Shown here: in pieces, positions 34,627 to 44,364 of the stretch
Layout of the letters: each line of letters begins with the position of its first letter
Numbering within the stretch: position 1 is the stretch's first letter
Virus record (IMG/VR): IMGVR_UViG_3300037755_000216
Coordinates: 7,017 to 71,016 of that record
Origin: a virus
Taxonomy: Duplodnaviria > Caudoviricetes
Strand: one strand, 5' to 3'
Length of the DNA stretch: 64,000 bases
The notes under the pieces: generated by a model
Seen by the model: only the letters and a program-made list of their open reading frames with translations
What the model was told of the DNA's origin: nothing
Databases searched by the model: none
Translations under genes and position numbers: made by a program

Positions 34627-35520
34627 ATGTCCTTCACGCAAGCGGAATTGAACGAGCGACGCCGGTTTCTGGGCGGATCGGAAAGTGCGGCCGCGCTTGG
34701 ATTATGCAATTTCTTCAGTCGCTTGGAGTTGTACAAGGACAAGATCGGTGAGGGTGAGCCGATCGAGGAAACCCTGCCGATGATGGTGGGCACGGCCTTG
34801 GAGCCAGTCGTGTTGCGCTGGTTCGAGAAGGAAACCGGACTGAAGGTCGAGCACCAGCAGGTTCGTGTTGTGGACCAGAACAATCCCTGGCGCCGCGCGA
34901 CGCTGGACGGCATCGCCTCCGATGGTGCCAATGTGCAGGCCAAGTGTTCTGGAATGTACGGATGGTGGGGCAAGGAAGAAGACGCGATCCCCGAAAGCAT
35001 CGTGTACCAGGTGCAGCATGAAATGGCCTGCGGGGACTTCAAGTACACGTGGGTGCCCGTCATCCTTGGCCAGCGTACCTTCCGCGTGTATCGCATCGAG
35101 CGCGACGAGGAATTGATCGAATTGGCGACGTACGGTGAGCGCGAATTCATGCAGATGGTGGCCAACCATACGCCGCCGCCAGCTCGCGATTCCGAGGATC
35201 TGAAAATCCTCTATCCGATTGATCATGGAATAACCGTCGTGGCCAGCGTCGAGATCGAGCCGGTTGCTTATCACTGGTCGACGGTAAAAGCGCAGATCAA
35301 AAAACTGGAGGCTGAAGAAGAACAAGCCGCCTTCCTGCTCAAAGACTTCATGAAGGAAGCTGCCACACTCAAAGGCAATGACGGGAAGGTGCTGGCCACA
35401 TGGAAGTCCAATGTTGAGAAGCGGATGAAAGTCACGGACTTCCGCAAGGATCATCCGGGCCTCGCCGAGCAGTACAGCCAAGAGACAGTGGTGCGCAAGC
35501 TGCTCAACAAGATCAAGTAA
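34627..35520 (+). CDS. YqaJ/lambda-exonuclease-family recombination nuclease
   Basis: RRRFLGGSESAAALG, GTALEP, ATLDG, QAKC, YQVQHEM; start moved to ATG 34627 with GAGG SD. Confidence 0.9.
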   Translation: MSFTQAELNERRRFLGGSESAAALGLCNFFSRLELYKDKIGEGEPIEETLPMMVGTALEPVVLRWFEKETGLKVEHQQVRVVDQNNPWRRATLDGIASDGANVQAKCSGMYGWWGKEEDAIPESIVYQVQHEMACGDFKYTWVPVILGQRTFRVYRIERDEELIELATYGEREFMQMVANHTPPPARDSEDLKILYPIDHGITVVASVEIEPVAYHWSTVKAQIKKLEAEEEQAAFLLKDFMKEAATLKGNDGKVLATWKSNVEKRMKVTDFRKDHPGLAEQYSQETVVRKLLNKIK

Positions 35521-35778
35521 CAACTGAGTCCCGCCCGCCGGCTTCGCCCCGCCACGACGGAAGTGAGCTTTCCGCACGTTTGGAGCTCAGACGAGGCCGG
35601 CGGGAGATGGGCGAGTAAGGCACATGACGCGATTGGTTCTCCAAATCATGCTCGTTGTATTCGCCGCGATTGGCTGCTGGCTTATATGGGCAGATCTTGG
35701 GTGGAACGCGGTACTTGGAATTTTTCTTCTACTGTGGGCCAACAACATCGAATTGAGGCTTAACCCTCCGAGGAAGCT

Positions 35779-37008
35779 ATGACAGATCAACGACAAGTGG
35801 GCGGACCGAGCCGCAACCGCAATAAGACAGAGCCGCAACAGCAGGCGCGCACCGCAACTGTCGATTCGAAACCGCTGCCGCAGCAGGACATGCCGCCGCC
35901 GGCCGGCGCTGGCGATCAGGCACCGGCGCTCTATCAGTTGCCACCGCAGGCCAAGGCCCGCGGCATCAGTGAGGAGCAATGGTTCACGCTGCGCAACAGC
36001 CTATATCCAGGCGCGCTGCCCGAGTCGTGCGTCATGGTTTGGGACTACTGCAAGGCGCGCAAACTGGATCCGATGAAGAAGCCCTGCCACATCGTTCCGA
36101 TGGAGGTCGAGGTCAAGAAGCGCGATCCGCAGACGCGCGAGGTGACGAAGCACAAGGAATGGCGCGATGTCGTGATGCCAGGCATCTACGAGTACCGCAC
36201 GACCGCGATGCGCACCGGTTTATATCTCGGGCACAGCGAGCCCGAATACGGCGACGACATTGAATCCTTCGGTGTAACAGCCCCGTACTGGTGCTCGATG
36301 ACCATGTACAGGTGGAACGAGAAGGCGACGCGCGTCACCGAATTCCCCGTCAAGGTGTTCTTCGAGGAAATCTGCGGAACGAAGTGGGGCACCCAGAAAG
36401 GCGAACTCGTGGCCAACAGAAAATGGAGTCAGTCGCCGATCCAGATGCTGACGAAATGTACCGAGGCCGCCGGCCTGCGCGAAGCCTTCCCCGATGAGTT
36501 GGGCGGGGAGCACACGATCGAGGAGATGGAGGGGCGCGTGATCAGCGATGGCGATGACAGCGTGGTGCTGAATGTCCCGCCAGGCCAGTCCCGCAACGAC
36601 ACTGCCAAGGAGGCGCTGCGCGCGCGCCAAGGTCAACAGAGCGCACAACAGCCTCGCCAGGAAGCGCAGCGCCAGCCTGAACAGCAGCGCACCGCCCAGA
36701 CGCAACCAACGCAGCAACAAGCGCGCGCTGCGGCGGATGCCACTTCTGAAGCGACCGCTGCGCCGGCCGAGGATGAGGAAATCCCGTGGGAGAGTAAGCA
36801 GGGCAGCAGCACTCAGCAGCAGAAACCCTCCCAGCCGAAGACGCCGCAGACCGATGAGGAGTGGGCACAGGCCATGAAGGATGGCGCCAAGAAGTCGCGC
36901 GCGGACCTAGATGCTATCTGGGATGCCCATCTGGCCGCATGCGATGCCGCCGGCAAGGAAGTCTCGGTCGACATCGAAGCGGTCTATCAACTCCTTGCAG
37001 GAAAATGA
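35779..37008 (+). CDS. bet: Bet/RecT-family ssDNA-annealing protein
   Basis: YCKARKLDPMKK.CHIVP, MPGIYEYRTTA.RTG.Y.G, QMLTKCTEAAGLREAFP; long Gln-rich tail. Confidence 0.9.
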   Translation: MTDQRQVGGPSRNRNKTEPQQQARTATVDSKPLPQQDMPPPAGAGDQAPALYQLPPQAKARGISEEQWFTLRNSLYPGALPESCVMVWDYCKARKLDPMKKPCHIVPMEVEVKKRDPQTREVTKHKEWRDVVMPGIYEYRTTAMRTGLYLGHSEPEYGDDIESFGVTAPYWCSMTMYRWNEKATRVTEFPVKVFFEEICGTKWGTQKGELVANRKWSQSPIQMLTKCTEAAGLREAFPDELGGEHTIEEMEGRVISDGDDSVVLNVPPGQSRNDTAKEALRARQGQQSAQQPRQEAQRQPEQQRTAQTQPTQQQARAAADATSEATAAPAEDEEIPWESKQGSSTQQQKPSQPKTPQTDEEWAQAMKDGAKKSRADLDAIWDAHLAACDAAGKEVSVDIEAVYQLLAGK

Positions 37009-38126
37009 TCATGGCGAAAGATAAGAAATCCCCTCCTCCGCAGCAGATGACCGTGCTGCGCGAAACTGGCGTGACGGTTCAGGAGGAATCCTTCCTGCCG
37101 GCCGATGTGCTTGCCAGCAATAGTGTGTTTGGCAACGCCAACAGTGCTAAGAATCAGCCACCACCCACCGGTCAGGGGCCGGCGCTGGTGGACATCCGGA
37201 TCCCGCAGCCGGCGCCGATCACCGACGGTACAACGATGCTCAATCGCATCAAGGAACTGGCGGTGACCGACGCGGGTAGCTACGAGATGTGCGCCCAGAT
37301 CCGCGCCAGCTGCCGCAACCGTTGGTCGGCGATCGAGCAAGAGCGCGTGAAGATGAAGGAACCCGCCCTGGAGTCCGGCCGGCGGGTGGATGCGTTTTTC
37401 AAGCCGGTCCTGACCGCGTTCCAGCAGGCTGGCGAGATGGCGACCACCAAGCTGAATGCCTACGACGAGGAGCAACGCCGCATCGCCGCCGAGAAGCAGC
37501 GCGTCGCGGATGAGGTGGCCCGCAATGTGCGCGAGCGGATCGAAAGGCAGGCGCGGGAGGAGCGGGAGCGCCAAGCGGAGGCACAACGTGTCCAGGAGCG
37601 CGCTGAGGCCGCCAGGAAGACCGAGGAGCAGCGCATCGCTCGGGAGGCAGCGGAGGCCAAGGCCAACGAGGAACGCGCCAGGCGCGAAGCCGCAGAGGCC
37701 GCCGCCGCCGGGGATCGGGTCAAGGCTGAACAGGCCCAGCTCGAAGCCGCAAACGAGCGCCAAAAGGCCATTGAGGCGAAAAAGGAACAACTGCGTGCCG
37801 AGGAAGCCCGCGAGATCGCCGAGACCGAGAACCGCCGGCTGCAGCAGGCATCCGAAGCGCGCGCCAGACAACTCGAGCAGCAGGCCAGCGCCGTCGTCGC
37901 CACGAAGGTAGAAACCGAGACGGTCGAGGTCGCCGGACTGTCGCGAGCGAAGGTCTGGAAGTGGAAGCTGAAGGACAGGGACAAACTCGCCGATCAGTTC
38001 CTATTGGTGGACGAAAAGAGCATCAGCCGTATCGTCACTGCGATGAAGGAACGCGCGCACGAAGTGGTCGGCGTCGGCGCCATCGAGATCTACCAGGACA
38101 CCAACCTTCGACAAGAGAGGATTTGA
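37005..38126 (+). CDS. Coiled-coil recombination-module protein (Gam/Gp157-like, uncertain)
   Basis: Long EAER-rich helix; C-terminal GLSRAKVWKWK...LVDEK.I...GAIEIYQ; ATG 37005 coupled to the bet stop. Confidence 0.6.
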   Translation: MIMAKDKKSPPPQQMTVLRETGVTVQEESFLPADVLASNSVFGNANSAKNQPPPTGQGPALVDIRIPQPAPITDGTTMLNRIKELAVTDAGSYEMCAQIRASCRNRWSAIEQERVKMKEPALESGRRVDAFFKPVLTAFQQAGEMATTKLNAYDEEQRRIAAEKQRVADEVARNVRERIERQAREERERQAEAQRVQERAEAARKTEEQRIAREAAEAKANEERARREAAEAAAAGDRVKAEQAQLEAANERQKAIEAKKEQLRAEEAREIAETENRRLQQASEARARQLEQQASAVVATKVETETVEVAGLSRAKVWKWKLKDRDKLADQFLLVDEKSISRIVTAMKERAHEVVGVGAIEIYQDTNLRQERI

Positions 38127-38128
38127 TC

Positions 38129-38728
38129 ATGAATGTGATCTTCTACGATACAGAAACGCAGGGCTTGCCACTTTTTAATGAGCCCAGTGAAGATCCACGC
38201 CAGCCACACATCGTGCAACTGGCCGCATGCTTGGTGGATCTAGAAACACGCAAGACCATTGCCAGCATGGATGTGATCGTGCGACCGAACGGCTGGAGCA
38301 TCCCGGAGGATGTTGCAAAGATCCATGGCATCACCACCGAGCGTGCAGCGGATGTCGGCATCCCTGAAGCCATCGCGCTGGACATGTTTATGGAGTTGTA
38401 CGGGGGGCGCCTTCGCGTCGCACACAACGAATCTTTCGATGCCAGAATTATGCGCATCGCTTTGCTGCGCCACGGCCGCAATGCCCTGACCGCAGATGCG
38501 TGGAAGGATGGCAAGGCTGAATGCACTCAGCAACTCTCAACTCCAATCCTCAAACTTCCGCCCACCGAGAAGATGCTTGCCGCAGGGCGCACCCACTTCA
38601 AGAGCGCTAATCTAGGCGAGGCATATCGGCACTTCACCGGCAAGGAGCTTATCGGCGCGCACAGCGCTCTGGCCGACGTGCAGGCATGCATGGCCGTGTA
38701 TTTCGCGGCCAAGCACCTAGCGTTATGA
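38129..38728 (+). CDS. DEDDh 3'-5' exonuclease (DnaQ-like)
   Basis: FYDTETQG, VAHNESFD, AHSALADV. Confidence 0.9.
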   Translation: MNVIFYDTETQGLPLFNEPSEDPRQPHIVQLAACLVDLETRKTIASMDVIVRPNGWSIPEDVAKIHGITTERAADVGIPEAIALDMFMELYGGRLRVAHNESFDARIMRIALLRHGRNALTADAWKDGKAECTQQLSTPILKLPPTEKMLAAGRTHFKSANLGEAYRHFTGKELIGAHSALADVQACMAVYFAAKHLAL

Positions 38729-39084
38729 ACATCTTCATCGGCGCCGTGCCGCGGTTCGACATCGAGATCACGCCTGAGCTGGTGGCGCTGATCATGCGGC
38801 TGGGCGGCATGCACTACGATGGCTACTGCCGCAAGGCGACACAACTAGGCGGCTTCGTCTATGGATGGCACAACAGGGTGACGCTTGCGCCCGATGCGAT
38901 CGAGACTGCCATCGCCACCTTCTCGCAACTGGACATGGTCGCCAAGATCGTGGAGTTCCCACCACCGCTCACGCCCGAGGAAACAGCTATCCGCAAGGAT
39001 CTGGTGAAAAGCATCCACGCCGCCATCCAACAGTACCGCGTGGACTCTCGGTTCGGTACGTCTATTCCAGTGATCATCACATGA
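38725..39084 (+). CDS. Hypothetical protein
   Basis: Start moved to ATG 38725; coupled overlaps. Confidence 0.6.
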   Translation: MNIFIGAVPRFDIEITPELVALIMRLGGMHYDGYCRKATQLGGFVYGWHNRVTLAPDAIETAIATFSQLDMVAKIVEFPPPLTPEETAIRKDLVKSIHAAIQQYRVDSRFGTSIPVIIT

Positions 39085-39746
39085 ACGAAGAAAAACAAGC
39101 GTACCCGCTGCAATGGCCGGTCGGTTGGCGCCGCACGTCCACCGAACTGCGTGAACGTGCGCACTTCAACAAGAAGGTGCCGCAGTATCGTGATGTGATC
39201 GAGAACGGCCTTTCGAAGCGCGTGCGCTCATATGACCGCAAGACCGATCTGACCGTGCGCGACGCGACGAAGCGGCTGCTCGAGGAACTCGAGCGCATGG
39301 GCATGGAGCGCGAGGATGTCGTTATCTCGACGAATATCGAACTGCGCGTGGATGGCCTGCCGAAGTCGAACCGTCGCGCGCCGGACGATCCCGGTGTGGC
39401 CATCTATTGGCGCGTGGACAAAAACACGCGCTGCATGGCGATCGACCGGTATGACCGGGTCGAGGACAACCTCGCGGCCGTCGCTGCAACGCTCGACGCC
39501 ATGCGCGCGATCGACCGCCACGGCGGCGCCACGATCCTTGACCGTGCGTTCATGGGCTTTGCCGCGCTGCCAGCGCCGGAAAGTTGGTGGCAGGTGCTAG
39601 GGCTGAAGGGACCGAACGCCACCGAGACCGAGATCAAGACCGCCCATCGGCGCCTGATCAGCGAACACCATCCGGATACCGGCGGCGATACGGATAAGGC
39701 CGCTCGCATCAACCGCGCCCGAGATCAGGGCCTGCAGTCCATCTAA
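39081..39746 (+). CDS. Phage protein with C-terminal J-domain (HPD intact)
   Basis: AYPLQWPVGWRRT, DPGVAIYW, DRYDRVEDN; WWQVLG...AHRRLISEHHPDTGG. Confidence 0.85.
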   Translation: MNEEKQAYPLQWPVGWRRTSTELRERAHFNKKVPQYRDVIENGLSKRVRSYDRKTDLTVRDATKRLLEELERMGMEREDVVISTNIELRVDGLPKSNRRAPDDPGVAIYWRVDKNTRCMAIDRYDRVEDNLAAVAATLDAMRAIDRHGGATILDRAFMGFAALPAPESWWQVLGLKGPNATETEIKTAHRRLISEHHPDTGGDTDKAARINRARDQGLQSI

Positions 39747-39774
39747 CAATTTCCCTCACCCATCAGGAGCATCT

Positions 39775-39975
39775 ATGTCCACCCGCATCTACCTCGTCAC
39801 CAACACCCAAACCGGCGAGGAATCCCTGATCACCGCGACCAATCCAGCACCGGCGATCCGCCATGCCGCGAAGAAAGCCTTCAAGGCGAGCGTCGCCAAG
39901 CAGGATGATCTGGTGCGCCTGCTGCCGATGACGGTTGTTGAGAAGGCTGGCGAGGAAGAGGCTGGCCCTGCCTAA
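39775..39975 (+). CDS. Small hypothetical protein
   Basis: 66 aa, AGGAG SD. Confidence 0.65.
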   Translation: MSTRIYLVTNTQTGEESLITATNPAPAIRHAAKKAFKASVAKQDDLVRLLPMTVVEKAGEEEAGPA

Positions 39976-40019
39976 TCATCATGCCGGACAACGTTAACTC
40001 AATCACAGGTCGGTCAGAA

Positions 40020-40658
40020 ATGGATCTCTACGAAATCCTCAACGTCTTGCGCGATGCTGATCAGGTCGCCATTAAGAAAGCGTACCGCAAACTTGCCTCC
40101 AAACATCACACTGACAAAGGCGGGGATGACGCGAAGATGGCGCAGGTCAACGTCGCCTACGAGACCCTGAGCGATCCGAATAAGCGCGAGCGCTACGACC
40201 GTACAGGTGAGATTGGCAATGGTCCTGGCATCTATACCGAAGCGGAGAACATGATCTGCTCGGCCTTTGATGGCGCGATCGAGCGCTGCGATGACTACAC
40301 CGATGCAGTCAAGGTGATCGTGGATACCCTCGCCAACAAAACGGAGGAAGTGCAGAAGGCGATCAATGCCGGTGAGCGAAAGATCGGTGAGATCGAAAAG
40401 AGGCGCACTCGCGTGCGCAGGAAAGGCGGCGGCACCGACCTGTACGAACGCGTCATTTCACACAAATTGCGCATGGCCCAACAGAAGAAGGCGCAGGACG
40501 AACACCATCTGCTGGTCATTCAGGCTGGGCAGAAGATCATCGCGGACTACGAGTGTTCGGTTAAAACCGTTGATCCTAAAATAGCAGATACCTTAGAGAA
40601 GGTACTGCGCGCTGAATACAACAGACATGTAAAGTCCTTCTTTTCTTTCGATCCCTGA
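40020..40658 (+). CDS. N-terminal J-domain protein with HTD in place of HPD
   Basis: MDLYEILNV...AIKKAYRKLASKHHTDKGG...VNVAYETLSDPNKRERYD. Confidence 0.85.
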   Translation: MDLYEILNVLRDADQVAIKKAYRKLASKHHTDKGGDDAKMAQVNVAYETLSDPNKRERYDRTGEIGNGPGIYTEAENMICSAFDGAIERCDDYTDAVKVIVDTLANKTEEVQKAINAGERKIGEIEKRRTRVRRKGGGTDLYERVISHKLRMAQQKKAQDEHHLLVIQAGQKIIADYECSVKTVDPKIADTLEKVLRAEYNRHVKSFFSFDP

Positions 40659-40702
40659 TCTATCATCACGTCACCTTGTCACCTTTTGAGCCACATTCGA
40701 AC

Positions 40703-40972
40703 ATGACGCCACCCGAAGATACACCCGAGACTGTCGAGGTCGGCTCTGGCCACCAGGCCAAGAATCGCAACCAGTATCCCTTCGACAAGTTGAAGAAGAA
40801 GGGTGACTTCTTCCTGTGGCCCAACCGCGCTGATGATCATGCGCTGCGACAGCAGGCGTATCGCCGGAAGAAGTCCACTGGCATCGACTTTCGCGTCACC
40901 CGCGATCCAAAAGGTGTCCGCGTGTTCCATAACGGTCTCGTCCCCAAAGCGACTCGAAAACCCAAGAAGTAG
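40703..40972 (+). CDS. Small basic phage protein
   Basis: NQYPFDKL..GDFFLWP motif; start moved to ATG 40703. Confidence 0.6.
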   Translation: MTPPEDTPETVEVGSGHQAKNRNQYPFDKLKKKGDFFLWPNRADDHALRQQAYRRKKSTGIDFRVTRDPKGVRVFHNGLVPKATRKPKK

Positions 40973-40981
40973 GAAACCAGC

Positions 40982-41563
40982 ATGGCCAAGTTCAAACTCT
41001 CCCGCCGCGAAGGCAGTTTCGGTGCGTTCAAGAATCGTGTGCCGGAGCACGGCGCCAACGGCAAGACGGAAATCGATCTGCCGGTATCGCTGAAGGGAAC
41101 AAAGCGTGACATGGATGCGCTGTTACTCACGGTTTCTGGTGCCAAAGCATCGGAGATCCTGTACACGGATGGCATTTTCGAGATGCCGTACATCTCCCCG
41201 CTGACGCTGGGCCGGACCATCGAAGGGCTGCTGGTGCAGATATGGGATGAGGCTACACGCAAGGCGCCGCTGAGATTCTCTGGCGTTACGGCCAAAGACA
41301 TCGTGATGGACTTCAGCGCCAAGCACATCATCGAAGTAAAGATGAAGCTGGTGCTCTCACCTGACCCGGACAAGGAGCTGCCGCGGCTCGCACGCCTCCA
41401 GACCCTGGACACAACGCGAGACATCGAGATCGAGGGACAGCAGGGCGACATCTTTGGAGTCGAGGAGGAGGAGGAAGAAGGCGAGCAGACTGACATGGTC
41501 GGCGAGGGCAATGGAGAGGAAAGTGGAGAAGATCCCGAGGACGATGACGAGGAGGAGGAATAA
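40982..41563 (+). CDS. Hypothetical protein with acidic tail
   Basis: 193 aa, AGGA SD, poly-Glu/Asp C-terminus. Confidence 0.7.
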   Translation: MAKFKLSRREGSFGAFKNRVPEHGANGKTEIDLPVSLKGTKRDMDALLLTVSGAKASEILYTDGIFEMPYISPLTLGRTIEGLLVQIWDEATRKAPLRFSGVTAKDIVMDFSAKHIIEVKMKLVLSPDPDKELPRLARLQTLDTTRDIEIEGQQGDIFGVEEEEEEGEQTDMVGEGNGEESGEDPEDDDEEEE

Positions 41564-41674
41564 CCAGCCCGTAAAATTTGTGCGGGATTGCTGGCGCTGC
41601 GGCGTGGCGCTCGACCTTAAGGATCGACCCTGCCGATGCCCACAGTGCGGCGCCAGCGATCCATGTGGAGAACA

Positions 41675-42190
41675 ATGATGGGTTTCATTCTGAAGTTGAT
41701 CGCTGGCCGGCTCGGTCCCTACGTGGTGATCTGGCTGGCGCTCGCCTTGATAGCTGCGCTCGGTACGGCCGCCTATCAGCGCCAATCTGCCAAGCGCTAC
41801 GAGGCCCAGCGGCAGGTGGCCATCGTGGAGCGCGACGCCGCTCGGGCCGATGTGCGCCGGCTGCTGGAATCGATCGCGTCCAAGGACGTGGTGATCGATG
41901 AGCTGGAGATGACACTGCTGGAGTGGCAGACCAAGGCCGCCGCCAGCATCCTGGCCAACCAAGAGGCCGGTGCCCGTGTCGAAGCGTTCCAAAACCAACT
42001 CAACACCGCGCGCACTCGTATCCGCGCGCTCTCGGAGGCTGACCGTGCGCTGCCTGACTGCAATGAGCTCATGTCGCTGGATCTCGCTGTTGCTTGCCCT
42101 GGCTTTTCTCGCGGGCTGCGTATCTGGTCCCACGGTGATCACGAAGGAACGCGTGATACGCGTGCCAACCCCGGTGGTCCAGCCGATTGA
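41675..42190 (+). CDS. Inner-membrane spanin (Rz-like)
   Basis: N-terminal TM helix then coiled coil; overlaps the lipoprotein gene. Confidence 0.75.
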   Translation: MMGFILKLIAGRLGPYVVIWLALALIAALGTAAYQRQSAKRYEAQRQVAIVERDAARADVRRLLESIASKDVVIDELEMTLLEWQTKAAASILANQEAGARVEAFQNQLNTARTRIRALSEADRALPDCNELMSLDLAVACPGFSRGLRIWSHGDHEGTRDTRANPGGPAD

Positions 42191-42344
42191 TCCACGCCTG
42201 ACCGCAGACTGCGCGCCAGCCACGAGCGTGCCAGCTGAAGGTGCGCTGACAGTCGGGGACGCGCTTGAGCGTTTGGAGGCTGTCGAGTTCAGCTTGGCAG
42301 CATGCAGGTCGCAGATTGAGCAGATCAGAAAGGTCCAGCCATGA
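42063..42344 (+). CDS. Outer-membrane spanin lipoprotein (Rz1-like)
   Basis: Signal peptide with lipobox LAGC, Pro-rich linker, helical C-terminus; starts inside the i-spanin gene in another frame. Confidence 0.82.
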   Translation: MSSCRWISLLLALAFLAGCVSGPTVITKERVIRVPTPVVQPIDPRLTADCAPATSVPAEGALTVGDALERLEAVEFSLAACRSQIEQIRKVQP

Positions 42345-42979
42345 CCGTGTACGGCAAACTTCCGGTGTTTCTCGGGCAATGGGATCAGGATCTCGAGGAA
42401 GTGATGCACTACCTATATTTGCCAGTGCAGATGCCTGACACGGATGTCCGCTTGCCTGACAATCTGCGCGTCTTGTGGCAAATGATTCAGCGGACGAAGC
42501 GTTACGCGGAGTACTTCGGCCGCAACTACCGTTATATCTACGTGAGCGCACGCAAAGGCTTCGCCACCCCAGACAATCCGCTCAATCGTCCAGGCTGGCA
42601 CTGCGATGGATTCGGGACTGAGGACTGGAACTTTGTGTGGTGGGTCGGTCCAGGCACGCGCTTTGCGCACCAGCCCTTCGAAGGGATCGTCTCCGACCAC
42701 AATCGGTCAATGACCCAGTTCGATGAGCAGGTTCGAGCCGATCGCATCGTGCAGTACCCAGAACGCAGGCTGTACCTGCTTGATCCGACCGTGGTCCACG
42801 CCACACCGATTATCGAAGCACCAGGATGCTGGCGGCAGTACGTGAAAATCTCGATGTCTGATCACCAGTACAACCTGAAGAACAATTCTCACAACTATCT
42901 ATTCGACTACAAGTGGCCAATGCACGCGCGCGACGTCATTCGCAATGATCCGCATCGCGCACAGCGTGACTACGTGTGA
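42341..42979 (+). CDS. Putative 2OG-Fe(II) dioxygenase-fold protein
   Basis: RPGWHCDG (HxD), distal VVHATP His, and R.YVKISMS final strand. Confidence 0.6.
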   Translation: MTVYGKLPVFLGQWDQDLEEVMHYLYLPVQMPDTDVRLPDNLRVLWQMIQRTKRYAEYFGRNYRYIYVSARKGFATPDNPLNRPGWHCDGFGTEDWNFVWWVGPGTRFAHQPFEGIVSDHNRSMTQFDEQVRADRIVQYPERRLYLLDPTVVHATPIIEAPGCWRQYVKISMSDHQYNLKNNSHNYLFDYKWPMHARDVIRNDPHRAQRDYV

Positions 42980-43134
42980 CCGCTGATCAAGCCATGGCTG
43001 TCGCCGCTCGCCGCAACGTACCGAAGTGTGCGTCGGCTTCGTGCCTTGAGTGCGCGCTGCAAGCGTTGGCGAATGAAGTGCGTAGGCTGCGGCAACCTGT
43101 CGAAGAAACACCAAAGAGGAAACCAAAGCCATGA
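42976..43134 (+). CDS. 52-aa hypothetical protein (absent from the track)
   Basis: GTGA and ATGA overlaps with both neighbours. Confidence 0.45.
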   Translation: MTADQAMAVAARRNVPKCASASCLECALQALANEVRRLRQPVEETPKRKPKP

Positions 43135-43433
43135 GCGATCTTGAAACCGGAACCCTGACCCCGCGCAGCGCTGATATTGTCGAAGAAATCCGTTTCTCTG
43201 GTGGGTTCGGTCAGCCAGACGGGTTTGCGTCGGTGCTCATTGCATCAGTTCGTACTGATGGATCGCTGTGCTTGAGATTGGATTACCGCGGTATTGATCA
43301 TATTCAGGTGTGGGCTGTTGAACTGACCAACGAACAACGCGAAGCCATTGCTGGCTTGACGAATCGCTACAGACCGCGCGTTTATGAATGGACCGTGCAA
43401 AACGGTAAACCTGTTTTTACTCCACCAGCCTAG
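43131..43433 (+). CDS. Hypothetical protein (lower GC)
   Basis: 100 aa; last gene of the rightward arm, overlaps the holin 3' end. Confidence 0.55.
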   Translation: MSDLETGTLTPRSADIVEEIRFSGGFGQPDGFASVLIASVRTDGSLCLRLDYRGIDHIQVWAVELTNEQREAIAGLTNRYRPRVYEWTVQNGKPVFTPPA

Positions 43434-43824
43434 TCAGTCGCTTGCCAGCGTAGTCAGCGATCATCGATCCGAACGCGCCCCACAGAAAGGCGCTCAACAT
43501 GTTCAGGCCAACCAGCGTCCCATCCTCTGCGACAACCCCGAGCGCGCCCCCGATGGTGGGCCAGACCCTGCCGATCTCAGGGATCATGAAGTAGCCGGCG
43601 AATACGGTGATCAACGCCGTGACCGTGGAAGGCCAGTCCCCTGACCAATACAGCCACACGCTCGGCGGCGGCGTGCCCATCTTCTTCGAAGCAGAGAACG
43701 ACCGACCGTAGGCACTCAGCCAGTGAACGATCTGTCCGACCGCGCACATGATGAGCGTGGACCACGACCACATGAATGTGTCGGTGATATAGGTGATGTC
43801 TTGAGCTACGGCTTCGGGGATCAT
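43417..43824 (-). CDS. Putative holin
   Basis: About three hydrophobic segments and a basic C-terminus; adjacent to the endolysin; GGAG SD. Confidence 0.62.
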   Translation of the reverse strand: MIPEAVAQDITYITDTFMWSWSTLIMCAVGQIVHWLSAYGRSFSASKKMGTPPPSVWLYWSGDWPSTVTALITVFAGYFMIPEIGRVWPTIGGALGVVAEDGTLVGLNMLSAFLWGAFGSMIADYAGKRLTRLVE

Positions 43825-43842
43825 GATTGGCTCCGGTTGTTT

Positions 43843-44364
43843 TTAGAGTCCCAGCACTTTTCTGATTCTCAGCCAATGACCGATCCTGTCATCCAATCCG
43901 TTGTAGCCACCGTTGATTTTTTTCGTGATGGCACCGAAGGCATCCTTGTCAGCTAATGCGTTCAGTCCCTTGGTTTTCCAAAACCACCCAGATGCACGGC
44001 ACGCCGCTTCAGTACCTTGAAGAAGCTCTGGGCTTCCGATGAGGTCAAGTGATAGAGCGGCTCCGCAGGATTCGTAATTGGCCCGTCCGGTAATTTGGAT
44101 GAGCGCGCGCCCCTTGAATCGCTTTCCGTCACCTGGCTTGGTGTTGCCAAGATCAAGCCGACCTTCGTAGGCTGATCCATCAGCGATCTCCTGTGTGTAC
44201 CGAAACGATCCAGATTCATGGGCAAGTTGCGCAATGAATGCGGCTTGGCGCATCGAGGAATGGATCTCGAACTCCTCCATAGCATCGGTGAGCGCTACGG
44301 CAAACAGCGCAGCGCGCTGGCCGGCGAAGGGAATCATTGCGAGTAGTGTTTCTGGGCTCATCAT
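43843..44364 (-). CDS. Endolysin, glycoside hydrolase family 19
   Basis: [20 protein letters not shown]...[30 protein letters not shown]. Confidence 0.93.
   Translation of the reverse strand: MMSPETLLAMIPFAGQRAALFAVALTDAMEEFEIHSSMRQAAFIAQLAHESGSFRYTQEIADGSAYEGRLDLGNTKPGDGKRFKGRALIQITGRANYESCGAALSLDLIGSPELLQGTEAACRASGWFWKTKGLNALADKDAFGAITKKINGGYNGLDDRIGHWLRIRKVLGL

Noticed and set aside
35521-35620. Hammerhead or other self-cleaving ribozyme
   Set aside because: The CUGANGA/GAAA core is not present in the right arrangement.
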